DNA from: Malacoraja senta
Taxonomy: Eukaryota
Assembly (NCBI GenBank): GCA_038087875.1
Contig: CM075979.1
Span: forward strand, 39,804,001-39,868,000
Direction: 5' to 3'
Length of the DNA stretch: 64,000 bases
The notes below the pieces were generated by a model, which did not search any database, was not told the origin of the DNA, and was given only the letters and a program-made list of their open reading frames with translations. Position numbers and translations under genes: made by a program. Shown one piece after another: positions 12,128 through 25,829 of the stretch (position 1 is its first letter; every line of letters starts with the position of its first letter).

Positions 12128-12964
12128 TAGAATTGCCTATTCTGATCTTCTATGGACTGTAGCTCTGGTTGCACTACGGAATTTGGTATTGTACTTATGG
12201 TTATCTAGTGTTACAGTTATTCATTTATTTTATTGATAATGTATTTATTCATATGTTATTGCCTTTATGAGCTTGTTAAGCTGCAACAAGTAGAATGTCA
12301 TTGTTCCATTCCCAGTACATATGATAATCAAATATCCTTCACTCTTGATTCAATCAGTTTTAAAAAGAATTTGGACACATATTTGAAAACAGTTAACATA
12401 TCAAGGCCACAGGGTGAGAAGGGAAATCTAGGCAAGAATGGAGAGTCAGAGAAGTCATGATAATCTGAAGAAACTCCTGTGTTAAATCATTCAATGATAT
12501 TATGAGGAAATGATTAGTTGTCAGTTTCCTACCGCCCTATCTCTTTCCTCTACCACCCCCTACCCCATCCCATTGTAACCCTCTTTTACTCTCCTCCCTC
12601 CATTCATCTCCCACCTCTCCCATCCTCGAGTCTTGCATTTCCCATTTATTCCCTCCCTCCTCTCCCTGTCCCCTTCCACCCACATCCCTTCCACCATCTT
12701 TACATTGCACCTCTCCTTTCTGAGAATTGAGACACCCTTTTGTCTCCTTTGCATCTTCAATGTTTGTCACTGCCTCCACCAATCTACCATACATTCCCCC
12801 TCACCTGTATCCACCTATCACTTTGCCACTCCTACCTTTCTTTTACAACTTTCTCCATCAGTCTGAAGAAGGGTCCCGACCTGAATCATTGTTCATTGTC
12901 CTCTACAGATGCTACCTGACCTGTCGAATACCTCCAGCACTTTGATTCTTGATCAGTTACTTAC

Positions 12965-13146
12965 AACATATTCCGTCGGTGTGATCCCGCCAATCCACAC
13001 AGGTATCGCCTTTAGATCTGCACATCTTGGAATACATGTCTATACTGGAACATATTATTGTCTCATTCCTGACATGGCATGCGTCATTCACACAGGCTTC
13101 ATAGAATGGGCCTGGAGGTACCTTGTCATGGCATTTTGAGAAGATA
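12965..13146 (-). CDS. Mucin exon, C8 domain (IFSKCHDKVPPGPFYEACVNDAC...CVDWRDHTDGIC)
   Basis: 182 nt, phase 2 to 1, F..CH..V.P..FY..C..D.C and DWR motifs. Confidence 0.92.
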
Positions 13147-13911
13147 CTATGAAAAGAAGAACAATGTTAGAAATGCAAAATGTTCTGAGTGGAACAGTCT
13201 ACCTTACATATTGATTGCAAGTCATCATTCCTTCATTGTCGGAGATAAGTGACCACCTCCCGCTCTATCCCCCACCTCCTCTCATTCTCCTTTCTCTTCT
13301 AGCCCTCTCTGAGTGGTGACAATGAGGCCATTCATCTAGTTCTGACAATAGTTGAAAAAAATGAGGAAAAAAAGGTGGTACTAGTCAAACAATAGCGGTA
13401 GATGAGCTGGTTAGCTGGTCAGATGATAAATGTCCAGAAATCTATCAATCTCTCAGAACGACTTATCTTCTGAAACCTTCTGAGGTAGACAGTTCCATAG
13501 GTTCACCACTCACTGAGTGAAAATACTTCTCCTCATCACAATTTCAATGGCGATCAAATGTAGCGGGAAAGTATACAGTTAACGGCAGTAGCTTTGGTTT
13601 TGGAAGGTGCACTTATGGTTGATATTCCAAAGGTCGGTCACCAGGACCAGAGTTCACAGGCAATTGTTGCAATTGAATGGAGATTGTCACCAGGTGTGCA
13701 TCATCCAGGTCAACTAGCTTGTTGGCAATCAAAAGGAAATTTAATGCATACCTTTAAGAATAAAATATTTAAACAGCATTCTGATTGTTAAAATGACTTA
13801 ATAGCTGTGCCAACTGGTCACTTAGAAGATAGAAAGGGGAATGATTAACCATGAGTGCCCACATTCCCAACAGTACCCAAATGTCACCTTTACCCTGGGA
13901 ATAAGACTTAC

Positions 13912-14158
13912 GGGCCAAGGATGATCTTGCAAATATTTGATGCTGCACAAGGGGTAGTTGGCACAGTTGTCGGACTGAGTGTGGTTTTTGGAGAAGGTGT
14001 AGTTGAAGAAAGTATTGGCCTTGGGGTTGTAGTTCCGGCATCGCAATGTGCTGTGTTCTTATCCGTAATTTTCCAGTGAGACGCGGCGTGAGAGCAAGAA
14101 GATACCACAGTTCCATCAGGCAGTGTGCAGTCATCTGTCTTGTTGTTGGTGCAGGTAC
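13912..14158 (-). CDS. Mucin exon, end of VWD4 plus short Thr/Pro linker (GTCTNNKTDDCTLPDG...CKIILGP)
   Basis: 247 nt, phase 1 to 2. Confidence 0.9.
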
Positions 14159-14830
14159 CTAGGGAAGTGGAAATTGAGAATTGAGGCATTACTTAAAATG
14201 TACTTCCAATGTCATCGGATGCTCACAAGCAAAGAAGTCTTCCCAATGCATTTTCCCTTATCTCCATTAACCTCCTCCACACCACCCCTCCACTGATTCA
14301 TGGGCCCAAACCCTAACGCCTCCCCCCACAGTGTCTGAACTTAAACAATTAGGCCAAACATCCAAATGCATTTCTCTGAACACCCCCAATGTAACATCAA
14401 TTTGATATTCAACATGGATGCCATTCTTTAAAGAATGTCTTGATCTGCTTTACATTGTCCCTTTGGTTAAGCCTCTCGTTGCCCCCACAGAGGAAAGTTA
14501 AGTACATTCTGAGATACACTCATTAGATCATCTCTGTCACCATATCCTCCCACAAAAATAACTTGTTTGTAAAGTTGGGTTAGCAAAATGAGAAAAATAT
14601 TATAAAATATGACCACTAACTTCCATGAATGATAATTGTCCTTATTTTTTTTTAATCTCACAAGACAAAAAACTTATTAACAGAACAAATACAGATTTCC
14701 AACATCTCCATGTTCTGAAGGTAATGTATTGAAAGCCCTCCTGTTAATCCATGCATGGTGATATCTCAATTTAGATGCAGCATTTTTACAATTCTGGATA
14801 CTGAAATGAAGAAGTCCCAATGATACATAC

Positions 14831-15014
14831 CACACTGTCCTTCAACGTTTTTCTCAAAGATCTTGTTGGGAAGGTCTATAGTAAAGCCCAGGCCATCAAA
14901 TGTAATAGTAGCATTAATGGTAGTAATCTCAACCTTTTCCGTGATCCCTGAGGAACTGATCCTGACCCCATCATGGGAATAAGGTTGTATAATCTCTTCA
15001 TCATTGACCAGGGC
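14831..15014 (-). CDS. Mucin exon, VWD4 (ALVNDEE...FEKNVEGQC)
   Basis: 184 nt, phase 0 to 1, EGQCG motif. Confidence 0.9.
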
Positions 15015-15668
15015 CTGCATAAGAAAAGCAAGATGCTCCGGTCAGCTACTGTTTTATTTCTGTACTTTATAAGCATGAGGAACATGTTTGTCACCTGAGT
15101 CAGTCTAGAATCATGGAGCAGGTGGTGACCCCTAGGTCCGCAGTTGACGGTTATGGTCTATTGCTGTGTGGAGGCACTGCCTGGCAGATCACTGGTCGTG
15201 GGTTTCCTGAGCAACACTGCCCAACCTTTCTCAATGAGCGGGGCAGCAGGAATCTTTCTCTAACTTTGGATATTTCTCTGCCTTGAATCCAATCCTACCT
15301 TAATTTCTGTTCAAATCCATTCTTGGCCCCCCCTTGAAAAACATATAGAACATGCAGCATAGAAACAGGCCCTTTGGCCCATGGTGACTATGCAGAAGTT
15401 GATACCAAGTTCAACTGATCTCTTTTGCCTGTACATGTTCCATAGCCCTCCATACCCTCTCTGTACATGTGCCTGTCTAAATGGCTCTTAAGTATCACTA
15501 TTATATCTGCTTCCACCACCTCACCGGTTAGCACTACAGGCACCTACCGCCCTCTTTCTTGTAAATCTCATTTTAACTTTCCCCACTCACCTAAAAGCTA
15601 TGTCCTCTTGTCTTTTACATTTCCACCCTGAGAAAAAATTCTATCTACTCCATCCATAGCTTTCAGAA

Positions 15669-15706
15669 TCTGTATATTACTAAAACTCTCATCTTGTTTG
15701 TTTCTA

Positions 15707-15745
<39 letters not shown>

Positions 15746-16235
15746 GATGTCCTGAAATTATGCCTAAATGGTACACTATAGTGCTACAATTGTTGGACCA
15801 CCATACTCACCATCATCCTGTGGTGTGTTGTATCAAGTTCCGTTCAGATTGATGGTATATTTTACAAGTTATTCACATTTTAAGTTTTAAAAATGTAACT
15901 TTTCACTTGACTTTTCACTGTAAGAAATCCAATTCCACTTGCTGCCCATGCCCGTTACAATGTTACAAATGACAAGACACTGGGAGTCCAGTCATTTGTA
16001 ACATTGTAATGGGCAGGGGCTGCAAGTGGAATTGGATTTTTTTTAATGATAAGTCAATTTTTAAAAGTTTAAAAAGAGTGAGGGTGAAGAGGAGGGGGAG
16101 GGAGTGCTGTGGGATAAGGGGAAATGAGCCGTGTTGGGGGCTATTGGTGAGTGGTGGAATTTTGCGTTGTGGAACGGGTTGCGTTGGGGGAACGAGTCAG
16201 TGGTGGAATATTGCAATGGATCCCACTTGGTCTAG
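15669..16235 (+). mobile_element. Non-autonomous Helitron-like element nested in a CR1 remnant
   Basis: 5' TC, 3' CTAG, inserted between A and T with no TSD; internal (tgtc)n. Confidence 0.6.
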
Positions 16236-17133
16236 TTTTATATATTTCTATCAGGGTGCGCCACAATCTGTGGGACGAGTTGAGTCGGCAACTTGGTATA
16301 CATAGCTTTGGCATACTTGGTAGACATTAAGTCAACGGGGAATATAAAGTTGGTTAATAGGTCTGTTTTTGTGCTAAAGAACTCTATGACTGACTGGAAC
16401 CATTTTCCTGTTTGCTTCCTTCCCCAGGTTTTTTTCTTCTGAACATTTCTTCTATTTGATTGAGGCTTTGGTGAACTCTTCTCGATGGGACATTTGCACA
16501 TAACAGGAGTAAACATTGTGCAGCAGGTAAATGACACCATCTTTACATATTGACTATTTTCACGCTGTCCGATCTGGTAAAAGTTCCAAAACTGGACCGA
16601 CAGTGACTTGGTCTTACCACTTGAGGGCACCCTGGGCCAGTGGGAGGATTGAGATGGTTAGGCAGACAAATCTTTGGCACACATATACACAATGGGATAT
16701 TCCTAGTTTTCTGTTATTTCTAGGAGAGCATTGAGAACAGTTTGTCCTCAATGCCCAACACTGGTTTATTATTGTCATGTGCACTGAGATACTGATAAAC
16801 TTTCGTTTGTGTGCTATCCAGGCAAATCTTATCATAGATGAATGTATCAGGTAGTGCAGAAAAGACAATAGAGTGCAGAATATAATGTTACAGCTGCAGA
16901 GAATGCAGTTAAAAATAATGCAAGGGCCACAATGGGATAGATTGGAAGATTGGAATACATCCTGGAATACATCCTTAGATTGAGAGGATCAGTGACATAG
17001 AGGCAACTTCACAGCCATCCCAGCCTTAACCCAATGGCTTTATTTGCAATGGACTTTCATCATGGATTTAAATCCAAACTGGTGGGCGAAGCTCTCTTCT
17101 TTGCCAATTGGCAGAAAGTGTAGAAACACTTAC

Positions 17134-17378
17134 CGTAGCTTTTATTGAGTTGTTGGCAGTCACCCGAATCAATGTGATTACTAAAGATTTGTAGAATATT
17201 TTGAGGGCTATTGGCTGTGACATTTCTGGCCCAACGTTGCCGTTGTCCAAGTAAACCTTGAAGTTTTCGATCTTTTCTGTTATTTGCCTCACCACAATGT
17301 AAGTACATTTTCCTTTGAATGTGTAATCTGTTCCATCAAAAGTAATGTAATGGGAACCTCCCCATCCAATGCAGGAAC
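17134..17378 (-). CDS. Mucin exon, start of VWD4 (CSCIGWGGSHYITFDGTDYTFKGKCTYIVV...)
   Basis: 245 nt, phase 1 to 0, HYxTFDG VWD signature. Confidence 0.93.
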
Positions 17379-18599
17379 CTGGAATATCAAAGGCAGACTC
17401 TGTTTCCAACCAACTATTTATTTAAGCTGAAAAAGCAAACATACAGCTACTGGAAAATAGAAATAAAAACTGAAAATGTTGGAGATATTGATCTGGTTTG
17501 ACAGTGTCTATGGGGAGGAAGATAGGGTTAACAGTTCAATTGATGACCTTTTGTTAGTTCTTAATAAAAATGAAAATACTGTATATATTATTTTTTTAAG
17601 CTAGAAGTCTAATCATTGTTTTTGGAAGAAAATTTTTTTCTACCAATAAAGGAATAAGGTTATGGTAATTTTAAACTCAGGCCTAAACCAAACCAGATTG
17701 TTGATGTATGAATCCCATTGTGTGCTGTCTGAATTGGCCAATTGCAGCATTTTTGGACAGCCCCAACCTATTGGCAAGGTCCTATGCTCCAAGGCACTTT
17801 TAACTTCCCATGAAATTGGCAGTGATGGCTTTGTTCTGTTGATTGAGATTATGTCTCCAACTTGGAGAACGATAGGTTGAAGACCCACTTAGCACTTTCT
17901 CAAAATGTCACAGCCGAGATCCCAGTATGTCACTGGGAGATTGTCTTCAAAACCACAGGTTAAGCAGGGAAGCTTGTTCAGTCATGAGATTCCAAAGCCC
18001 CATCGTATATGAGCAAGAAGTTCTTCAAAACTCACTCTTCAACCAAAAAACAAAAGCGTGCTACTTCACAATTCCTTTCAGTTTTGTGACTATATTTTTG
18101 GGAAAACGGATTGTCCGATTTCTTTGTGTGCTGAAATTGCCTTTTGACGGAAGAGAAATGTGATGCAAGATTTCACGTTAAATATTTGTCTTCCTAATTC
18201 AAGTTTTGCTTATATTTGGACTTGAAAGAGAGAGCAGAGGAATGGGAGCAGAGGAATGGGAGCAGCAGTCAGCCAGATCACGATTTGGGTGTGTTCTGCC
18301 TGTTGATCTGTTGTTAAAACATCTGCCTGTTAAAATGGCTGTTGATCTGACTCCATTATTCCCTTCAATTCCTGCTTGTTCCTATTGACCCCGACTCCCC
18401 TAGAGTTCAATCATTTGTCAGTATTAGCCAGCAACATTTTCAATGACTCCACCTCCCCAATTACCTGGGACAGAGTATTACAGATTCATCATTGTCTGAA
18501 GGAAGAAATTGCTCCTCGCCTCTCCCCTTTATTCTGCAATGATGCCAATATTGTAAATAAAATGGGAACAAAAATAAGGGACAATATTAATCTAAGATG

Positions 18600-19290
18600 G
18601 TGATTAATCAAGGAAAGGCAGTGTGTTGAGGAAGGATCCTGACAGACTAAATTGATTGAACTATTGAAAGACTATGTTGTTGAGAGATGTGCAGTTGATG
18701 TTGTCTTCATAGACTTCAGTAAATGTCTAATAAGGTCTCACATGGGAGATGGGTAAATGGGCAACTTAGATCCAAATTTGGTTTGATGATAGGAGGTGGT
18801 TGTTGATGCTGGAGGGTTGGTTTTGCAATTTGAAGCTTTTGACCAGCCGTCTATCTTTGGGAGACACGAGAGGCGTGGATGTGAAGGCAGAAGGTATGAT
18901 GCTTAAGTTGGCAGAGGTTTTGAACTTTAGTGGTGGCGTTGAGGTGAATACAGTCTTCAGCTCCAACACAATACTGAAGAGCTGGCAAGATGTGCGAACA
19001 CCATCATATTAGTGAGACACGAGTTCCCATGCACTGCTGGAAAGGATGGTATACTGGCATCAAATGCTTAGATATACTGGCATCAGGTCAATGGCTCCAA
19101 ATGTACTAAGATTGCCAGGCAAAGTAGTTGAGGCAGATACAATAGCAACATTTAAAAGACATTTTAAAAGATACATAGATAGAAAATATTTAAAGAGATA
19201 TGGGCCAAACAGTTCATATGGGATCTGCTTAGAAGGTGGACCGAAGGGATTGTTTCCATTCTCTGGGTTTCCTTGACTCTATGACTCCAT
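18600..19290 (+). mobile_element. Highly degenerate CR1 RT and 3' remnants
   Basis: VDVVFIDFSK-like coding trace and CR1-like tail. Confidence 0.5.
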
Positions 19291-20346
19291 GAGTGAAAAA
19301 CCCAGCATGTTGGGAGGAAAGGGTTTGAATAAAAATCAAACTTTACCTGTGGCTCTTCTTATTCTATTTGGCCATTTAAAAAAACATTTCTAAGACAAGG
19401 CTGAGGCAGTTTCCTTCACTGTGAGAAATGGTATGCTACGCTCTCCAAACACTACATCAGTTCGCAGTTGGTGAAATCTATGTCCATTTGCAAGGAATTG
19501 CCTCCCGATTCCCCAGGAAATCCCCATACCAAGTATATTTTGCAACTAGTTAAATTAATATATATATTTTTCATCTTACTAGGAATCAGCATATACCAGA
19601 AATTTGCATATTTTTCAAGTAGTTAAATTACCAATACCTTCCTACCAATAATTGTTTTGAAGTATTTCATCATGATGGTATCAATCACCGTTTGTTCAGC
19701 AAGATCTTTTCCCCAGAATCTTGTTTCCTCACCATGGATCATGTCGCTACTCCCATAGATCTCTGTGGTTGGTATTGTGTATGTTCCACAACTCTTATTC
19801 TGTTGTCCTCATGTGAATATTTTTCTGTTTTTATAAAATTTGATAACACCCCTCACGCACAAACACTAAAAAAAACTTTCCATGAAAGTTTCTGTTGCAG
19901 TTATGGTCCACTTGAGATTAGCTCCTGGACACACTTATTGCATTCTCTCTTCTTTTCAGGACTGAAGGGAAGAATGGCCTCTCATTTCTCCTCACCCCCA
20001 GACCCTGACTACTGATCTCTAATACTCATGGAATCATGCAGCATGGATGCAGGCCCTTTGGCCCAACTCATCTCTGCTGAGCAAGATTCCCATCTAAGCT
20101 AGACACCTTTGCCTGAATCCAAGTTCTGCCAGAATTCAATGAGTTGCCTAGACAAAAAAAGTTGAAAAATAAAGCTGGAGTAATTGATTCTGGTGGTGAG
20201 ACCTGTTGGGATGATGTATTATCGACTCGTCAATTAACACAGTGAAATAATGAACTACGCGTTCCTTCAGCATATTACCTCCATCTTCCACCCATCTATT
20301 AAATCACATTTAATTTTGATAATGCATGCATTTCCCCAATACTCAC

Positions 20347-20521
20347 AGCCACATTCTTGCTGATAGCAGCAGTTGGAATGGTCATAAACCTTTCTGGGTT
20401 GCAGTCCATTTTGACAAACGATTGGTTTAACACTTGGACATTTCACTGACTCCACGGAAACAGTGTTATTCCCTTTGCATGTTGCCTTTGTGCAATTGTC
20501 CAGTTTCCAAGTCTCATTCAT
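20347..20521 (-). CDS. Mucin exon preceding D4 (MNETWKLDNCTKATCKGNN...CCYQQECG)
   Basis: 175 nt, phase 0 to 1; resembles MUC5B NETWTLENC segment. Confidence 0.9.
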
Positions 20522-21847
20522 CTATGGTTCGGTAGGGGGGGGGGATGAACAATTGTAAGAAGTTAAGGCATTCACAGAATCCCTGAGGCTGGAGAAGGAG
20601 AAAAAAACTACCACCCACCTGACCTGAATCTCATTGTGCCAAGAACCCATTGAGATCTGAGCCTTCAATTCCAGTAAGGTCAGAAATAGTGCGGGGATGT
20701 GGCAGGGCAAAGAATCTCATGGGGATGGTTAAGAGACCTTCAATATATTATGGGGGTGTTCCTTTAAAATATCTATATCATTTAGACCTATAAATGTGAC
20801 ACTGGGATGAAAACCAATTAGCTCATTAAAGTCTTCAAAAGACATGTGTGATAAGTCTAATACGTCAAGAAAACCAATATGTTTAATCGAGTTTGAACAA
20901 AAATTATTTGATAGGAAAAGGATGGCAAAACGTGCTGATATTTTTCTGTTTTAATAAAATCAGATGATCCCCATCACCCATGAGTACTAAAAAACTTTCC
21001 TTAACAGTTTCAGTACCAGTTATGGTGCACTTGAGGTGAGCTCTTGAGATGAGCTCCTTTGGTTCTGGGGGAGGTGGACCACAATGATATTTCGAGAAGA
21101 GAGGGAAGCTGTAGACGTTTGTAAGGGAATGACAGAAAAATAGAAAGAATATCATGGAAGGGTTACATGGGGATTAGAAGGCCAGGGACAGTCAGGTAGG
21201 AGGTATTCAGTAAAGAAGGGAAAGGGGAGAAGCAATGAGCAGAGGGCCAGAATGTAGCTGGACATATTTTATATCTCAGTAATCTGGGAATTCACTGGGT
21301 CCGGGGGAAACACTGAAACATGGGGTTTCATCGCATGCTGCGTCTGTTGCAGCAAAATCAAGAGCCTGAGCATTATATGTCACTGAGAGGCCCCCGACAA
21401 CATGTGGCAGGTAGACTGCGCTGGTGCGGAATGCAAAGAGGAAAGACTTTGGTTTGTCTTTGTCTGGGAATGAGTCCTGGTGGACTGTAGGTGAGGTGCA
21501 CCTCATTCAGGGGAGGGTCGTCCACAGGTGGCCGGGGTGTTTGGGATTGGATGGCCTACCATAGCCTGGGACGAGGGAGGAGGGATAAGGCTGCGAGGGG
21601 TGGGGGTGTACTTTCCTGATCCATGGTGAAGGGGTTTGTATAGGGACTGTCAGTAGGGCTGGCTGCCAGTTGTTATGCGGCTGGGTGGGAGAGGTGCTGT
21701 AAAGATTCATGAAGTCATGAGATTTTAGAGGACTGAGTGACATGGGTTCCCAGCTGGTTGGGGAAGCATCTCCTCACAGCAGCTGCAACTTAGAACAGTC
21801 CGCTCTAGTTTCACAGGCAAAGTAATGTTGGATCAGCTGGGCGTTAG

Positions 21848-22162
21848 GGTGGCACGGTGGTGCAGCGGTAGATTGTTGACTTACAGCGCCAGAGACCCCT
21901 GTTCAAACCTGACTATGGGTGCTGTCTCTACGGAGTTTGTACGTTCTCCCCATGACCATGTGGGATTTCTCTTGGTGCTCCAGTTTTCACCCACACTCCA
22001 AAGATGTACAGGTTTGTAGGTTAATAGGCTTTGGTAAAGATTGTAATTTGTCTCCGGTGTGTAGGATAGTGTTAGTGTACGGGGTGGTTTCTGGTGGGTG
22101 CGGACTTGGTGGGCTGAAGGGCCTGTTTTGACGCTATATCACTAAAACTAAAAACTACAAAA
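21848..22162 (+). mobile_element. tRNA-derived V-SINE (HE1-like)
   Basis: Same family. Confidence 0.8.
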
Positions 22163-22348
22163 CGAATCGGCTTTTGGATAGGCACATGGAAGTGTAGGGA
22201 CTAGACTTTGGATATGGATCATGTACAGGTAGATGAGAACAGTTTTATTTGGCATCATGTTTCGGCACTAACATTGGGGCTGAAGAGCTTGTTCCAATGC
22301 TGTACTATTCTATGTTCTAAAGACCCCTGATGTCACGAGGATACTCAC

Positions 22349-22539
22349 AGCTCTTGGTGGGTGTACGTCTGGGCAACCGATCACTGATACTGTTGTTGTT
22401 GGTGCTGATGTCTCTGTGGTTGGTAAGACGGAAGTGGAGGTTTCGCATGGTATGGTGTGCTTCACAATATCACACTTAGATGTACATAACCCAATGTAAC
22501 ACCAGCCAGCTTTATCACTGGTAAAGTAAATTTTCTCTC
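22349..22539 (-). CDS. Mucin exon: single-copy ancestral-type Cys module half (GEKIYFTSDKAGWCYIGLCTSKCDIVKHTIPC...GCPDVHPPRA)
   Basis: 191 nt, phase 1 to 0; resembles MUC5B GEVIYNKTDRAGCHFYAVCNQHCDI segment. Confidence 0.9.
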
Positions 22540-22947
22540 CTGGAAAGAAAAGGAAATGCGATCTCCGTAAGTCTTGACACACTGCACTAATTCAGTATTT
22601 AGGTAAAAAACACACTTGCTAGTACTACATTTTTGGACAAACCATGGAAATGCATACATTGCCTCATGGGAAATGCACTATTTTATGTATTGCATCATGA
22701 GATTTTATTTGGCATATTTCTACCAAGAATCACACACACAGAAAATTAGAAATATCACCTCTTCTTTAGGACAATTGTTCCCCTGGTTGCAGTGGGAAGA
22801 GATAAACGATTGCAGCTTGGTTATATCATGGTTAGATATAACATGCAAAGGAGGGTTAAAAACAAACGTTACCCAAATTTGTGAGGTCAGAACGGAAGGT
22901 TTTTAAATAGTTGCTCTATTTTCCAGGTGAACATTGCAATAGTAACT

Positions 22948-23245
22948 GTGCGCAGAGTAGAGTTGGTAGAGTTGCTGCCTTACAGCGCTTGCACGCCAGA
23001 GACCCTGGTTCGATCCCAACTATGGGTGCTCTCTGTACGAAGTTTGTACATTCTCTCCGCGACTGTGTGGGTTTTCTCCGAGATCTTCGTCTTACTCCCA
23101 CACTCCAAAGACGTACCGGTTTGTAGGTTAATTGACTACTTGGTATAAGTGAAAATTGTCCTTATTGTGTGTAGACAGTGTTAGTGCATGGGGATCGCTG
23201 GTCGGTGTGGACTCGGTGGGCCGAAGGGCCTGTTTCCACGCCTTG
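22948..23245 (+). mobile_element. tRNA-derived V-SINE (HE1-like)
   Basis: Same family. Confidence 0.8.
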
Positions 23246-23399
23246 TAGATTCTGTTGTATTGGGTATAGCAATAGCAGTGGCTTTGCATTTTCCCATGTG
23301 TATAAAGACCTACAGAGCTCGCTGCAGCCTGACCCAAAGGTCGAACAAATGGAAATTGTAATTTAGAAGTAAAATAAATTCTACCTGCTGGTGTTATTG

Positions 23400-24545
23400 G
23401 CATAGATAGACACACAATACTGGAGTAACTCAGTGGGACAAGCAGCATCTCTGGAGAGAAGGAATGGGTGATGTTTCGGGTCGAGACGCTCTTCAGACTG
23501 CGAGTCTGGGGAGAGGAAGACTAGAGAGATATGGAAGGGTATGGTGTGAAAACTACAGATCAAAGCAGACAATGGTCAGGGAAATGTAGAATGGTTCATT
23601 GTTAGCAGAGGGCAAGATGACAGCGAGGCACACAATCAGTAACATTAATCAAGAGGACAGTGAAACTAGTCAGAGCACAGATTGTCTCTGATTTGTAGTT
23701 TAAACACTAATAGAAAGGTTATATGTTTATAATTACAGAATGGTACAGTTGAAACATTTGTGGTTGGATATGTATATTACTGCATTTTGAAACCATTTTG
23801 CCAGCTTATACTGTACTCTAATATTTCATTGGTTTGTATATTCTTCGGATTGAATTTGTTTTAGAATTGCACCAGAAGAATGGTTGAACAGATTTAATAA
23901 ACGTTATTTTGCTTTGTATCTGCAGCCATAATATATTATTCATTTGACAAGTGGGAATGTTTTTTTAAACAATGTTAGCAAGGGTTCCAGTAATAGGGAA
24001 ATGGAATGATGGCAAGATTAATGAACCTTTGATATGTTATTGATGGCTTGATTAGGGAAAATAGTAATGGCAGGTACACCAACTGCAGTCAAGCATTTTT
24101 CCTTGAGGAATATAGAGGGTATAGGAGAAACTGAGAATAAAAGGAGGTGATTAAATATTATTAGTCTGAAGAAGGGTCTCGACCCGAAACATCGCCTATT
24201 TCCTTCGCTCCATAGATGCTGCCTCACCCACTGAGTTTCTCCAGCATTCTTGTCTACCTTTGATTTTCCAGCATCTGCAGTTCCTTCTTAAACAAAATAT
24301 TATTAGCAGGTAAGATATGCTGACTATCATTCTATATATATATTAGAAGCAAGAGATAGACACAAAATGATGGAGGGACAAACAGCTTCTTTGATTAGAA
24401 GGAATGGATGACGTTTCCAGTGGAGACCCTTCTTCAGACTGAGGGGAGAGGGAGACACAGAGATATGGAAGGGTATTGTGTGAAAATGAGATATCAAAGG
24501 GGATGAAGCTCAAGGAAAATGTAGAATAGAACATTGATAGCTAGG
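23400..24545. mobile_element. Cluster of three Penelope 3'-terminal fragments (23400-23680 minus, 24160-24295 plus, 24350-24545 minus)
   Basis: Each carries the ctgaaga...gaaac motif. Confidence 0.65.
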
Positions 24546-24922
24546 GAAAGGTAAATAGGATGGTGAAGAAAGCATATGGTATTGGTAACTTCTGTAGGTC
24601 AAGACATGGAATATAAGAATCGGGATGTTACGGTGCAACTTTACAAAACACTGGTTATACCATAAGGAGTAATGTGTGCAGTTTTGATGCCCACACTATA
24701 GAAAGGATGTGGTTGCACTGGAGAGAGTGCAGAGGTGATTCACCAGGAGACCTGGTGATCTGAATGAGGTATATAAGATGAACAGAAGCAAAGATTGAGC
24801 ATATTGTCCAAATCTTTTTCCCATGGCAGGGATATTAAAAATAAGAGGGCACATGTTTAAGATGAGATGAAGGAGTTTTGGAAGGGACGTGAGGGTTAGG
24901 GATAGCCAGAGGAGGTGCTAGA

Positions 24923-25365
24923 TGTTGTAGCCATTTAGCTTAACTCAGTGTGTTATAACTATAACCAGTTACCTTTAAATTCTATCTGCCTGTAATAATG
25001 TGGGTGGGATTTATATGTAGTCTGAGGCGTGTTTGGGGCTGGGATTCTCGCGCAGACTCTCTAGTAGTTACTTTCATTTGAAGAATGGGGGAGAGGTCAC
25101 AGCTTTTGACCATGCACGAACATGACCACGATTGAATTGAAATGTACTTATACAAGAAGAAGTTTGGATTAATATCTTACTGTTTTTACGACTACAATAA
25201 AGAAACTATTAATCAAGAGACTGTGTTTGGAAGATTTATCTTTCAACGGCATTGAATGTCTCGTGGAGAGCTCGTGAGTGCGTTTCGATTATCTTCTGAT
25301 CCCGTCTTCCATCATAGTGACTAAAGGAAAGAATCCTTGAAACGATATAAAAATCTGTCACCACA
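24923..25365 (+). mobile_element. Probable solo LTR (443 bp) inserted into a CR1 fragment (24550-25535)
   Basis: TG...CA termini, near-TSD ctaga/gtaga, internal AATAAA; CR1 sequence resumes after it. Confidence 0.65.
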
Positions 25366-25829
25366 GTAGAATCAGATATAATCTCTATGTTTAAGAGGCA
25401 TTGAGGTAGACCTAAGTAGGGAAGGCATAGAAGGATACAGTCCTAATGCTTCAAATGGGATATGTGTACAGGGGCAAACACGTTGTTGTGGACATATTGT
25501 GCCGAAGGGGCCATTTCTGTGCTGCACAAACCTGTGATACAATGGTGTTGCTCATCGAGCAAATAAGGCTCTCATCACATCCTCAGTGATCTTTTCACAT
25601 AGAACTGAATTTCTAGAATAAATCTGAGGTAGATGGTCTTCAAACCATATGTATGCATTTCAAGACCCCTTTTTGAATTTGGACAATGCAGGAAACTACT
25701 ACAGGCTACATTAATAAAGACCAAAAGGAACCAAAAAATACCACAAATAGAAAGACGAAGTAAAAACAGAGAAATAAAGGAGAAAGCTCTTACAGTCCGA
25801 CAGACATACAGATAGTACATTCTTTACAA

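Noticed and set aside
21270-21800. Possible Tx1-like LINE remnant (GC-richer patch)
   Set aside because: Too decayed to assign from sequence alone
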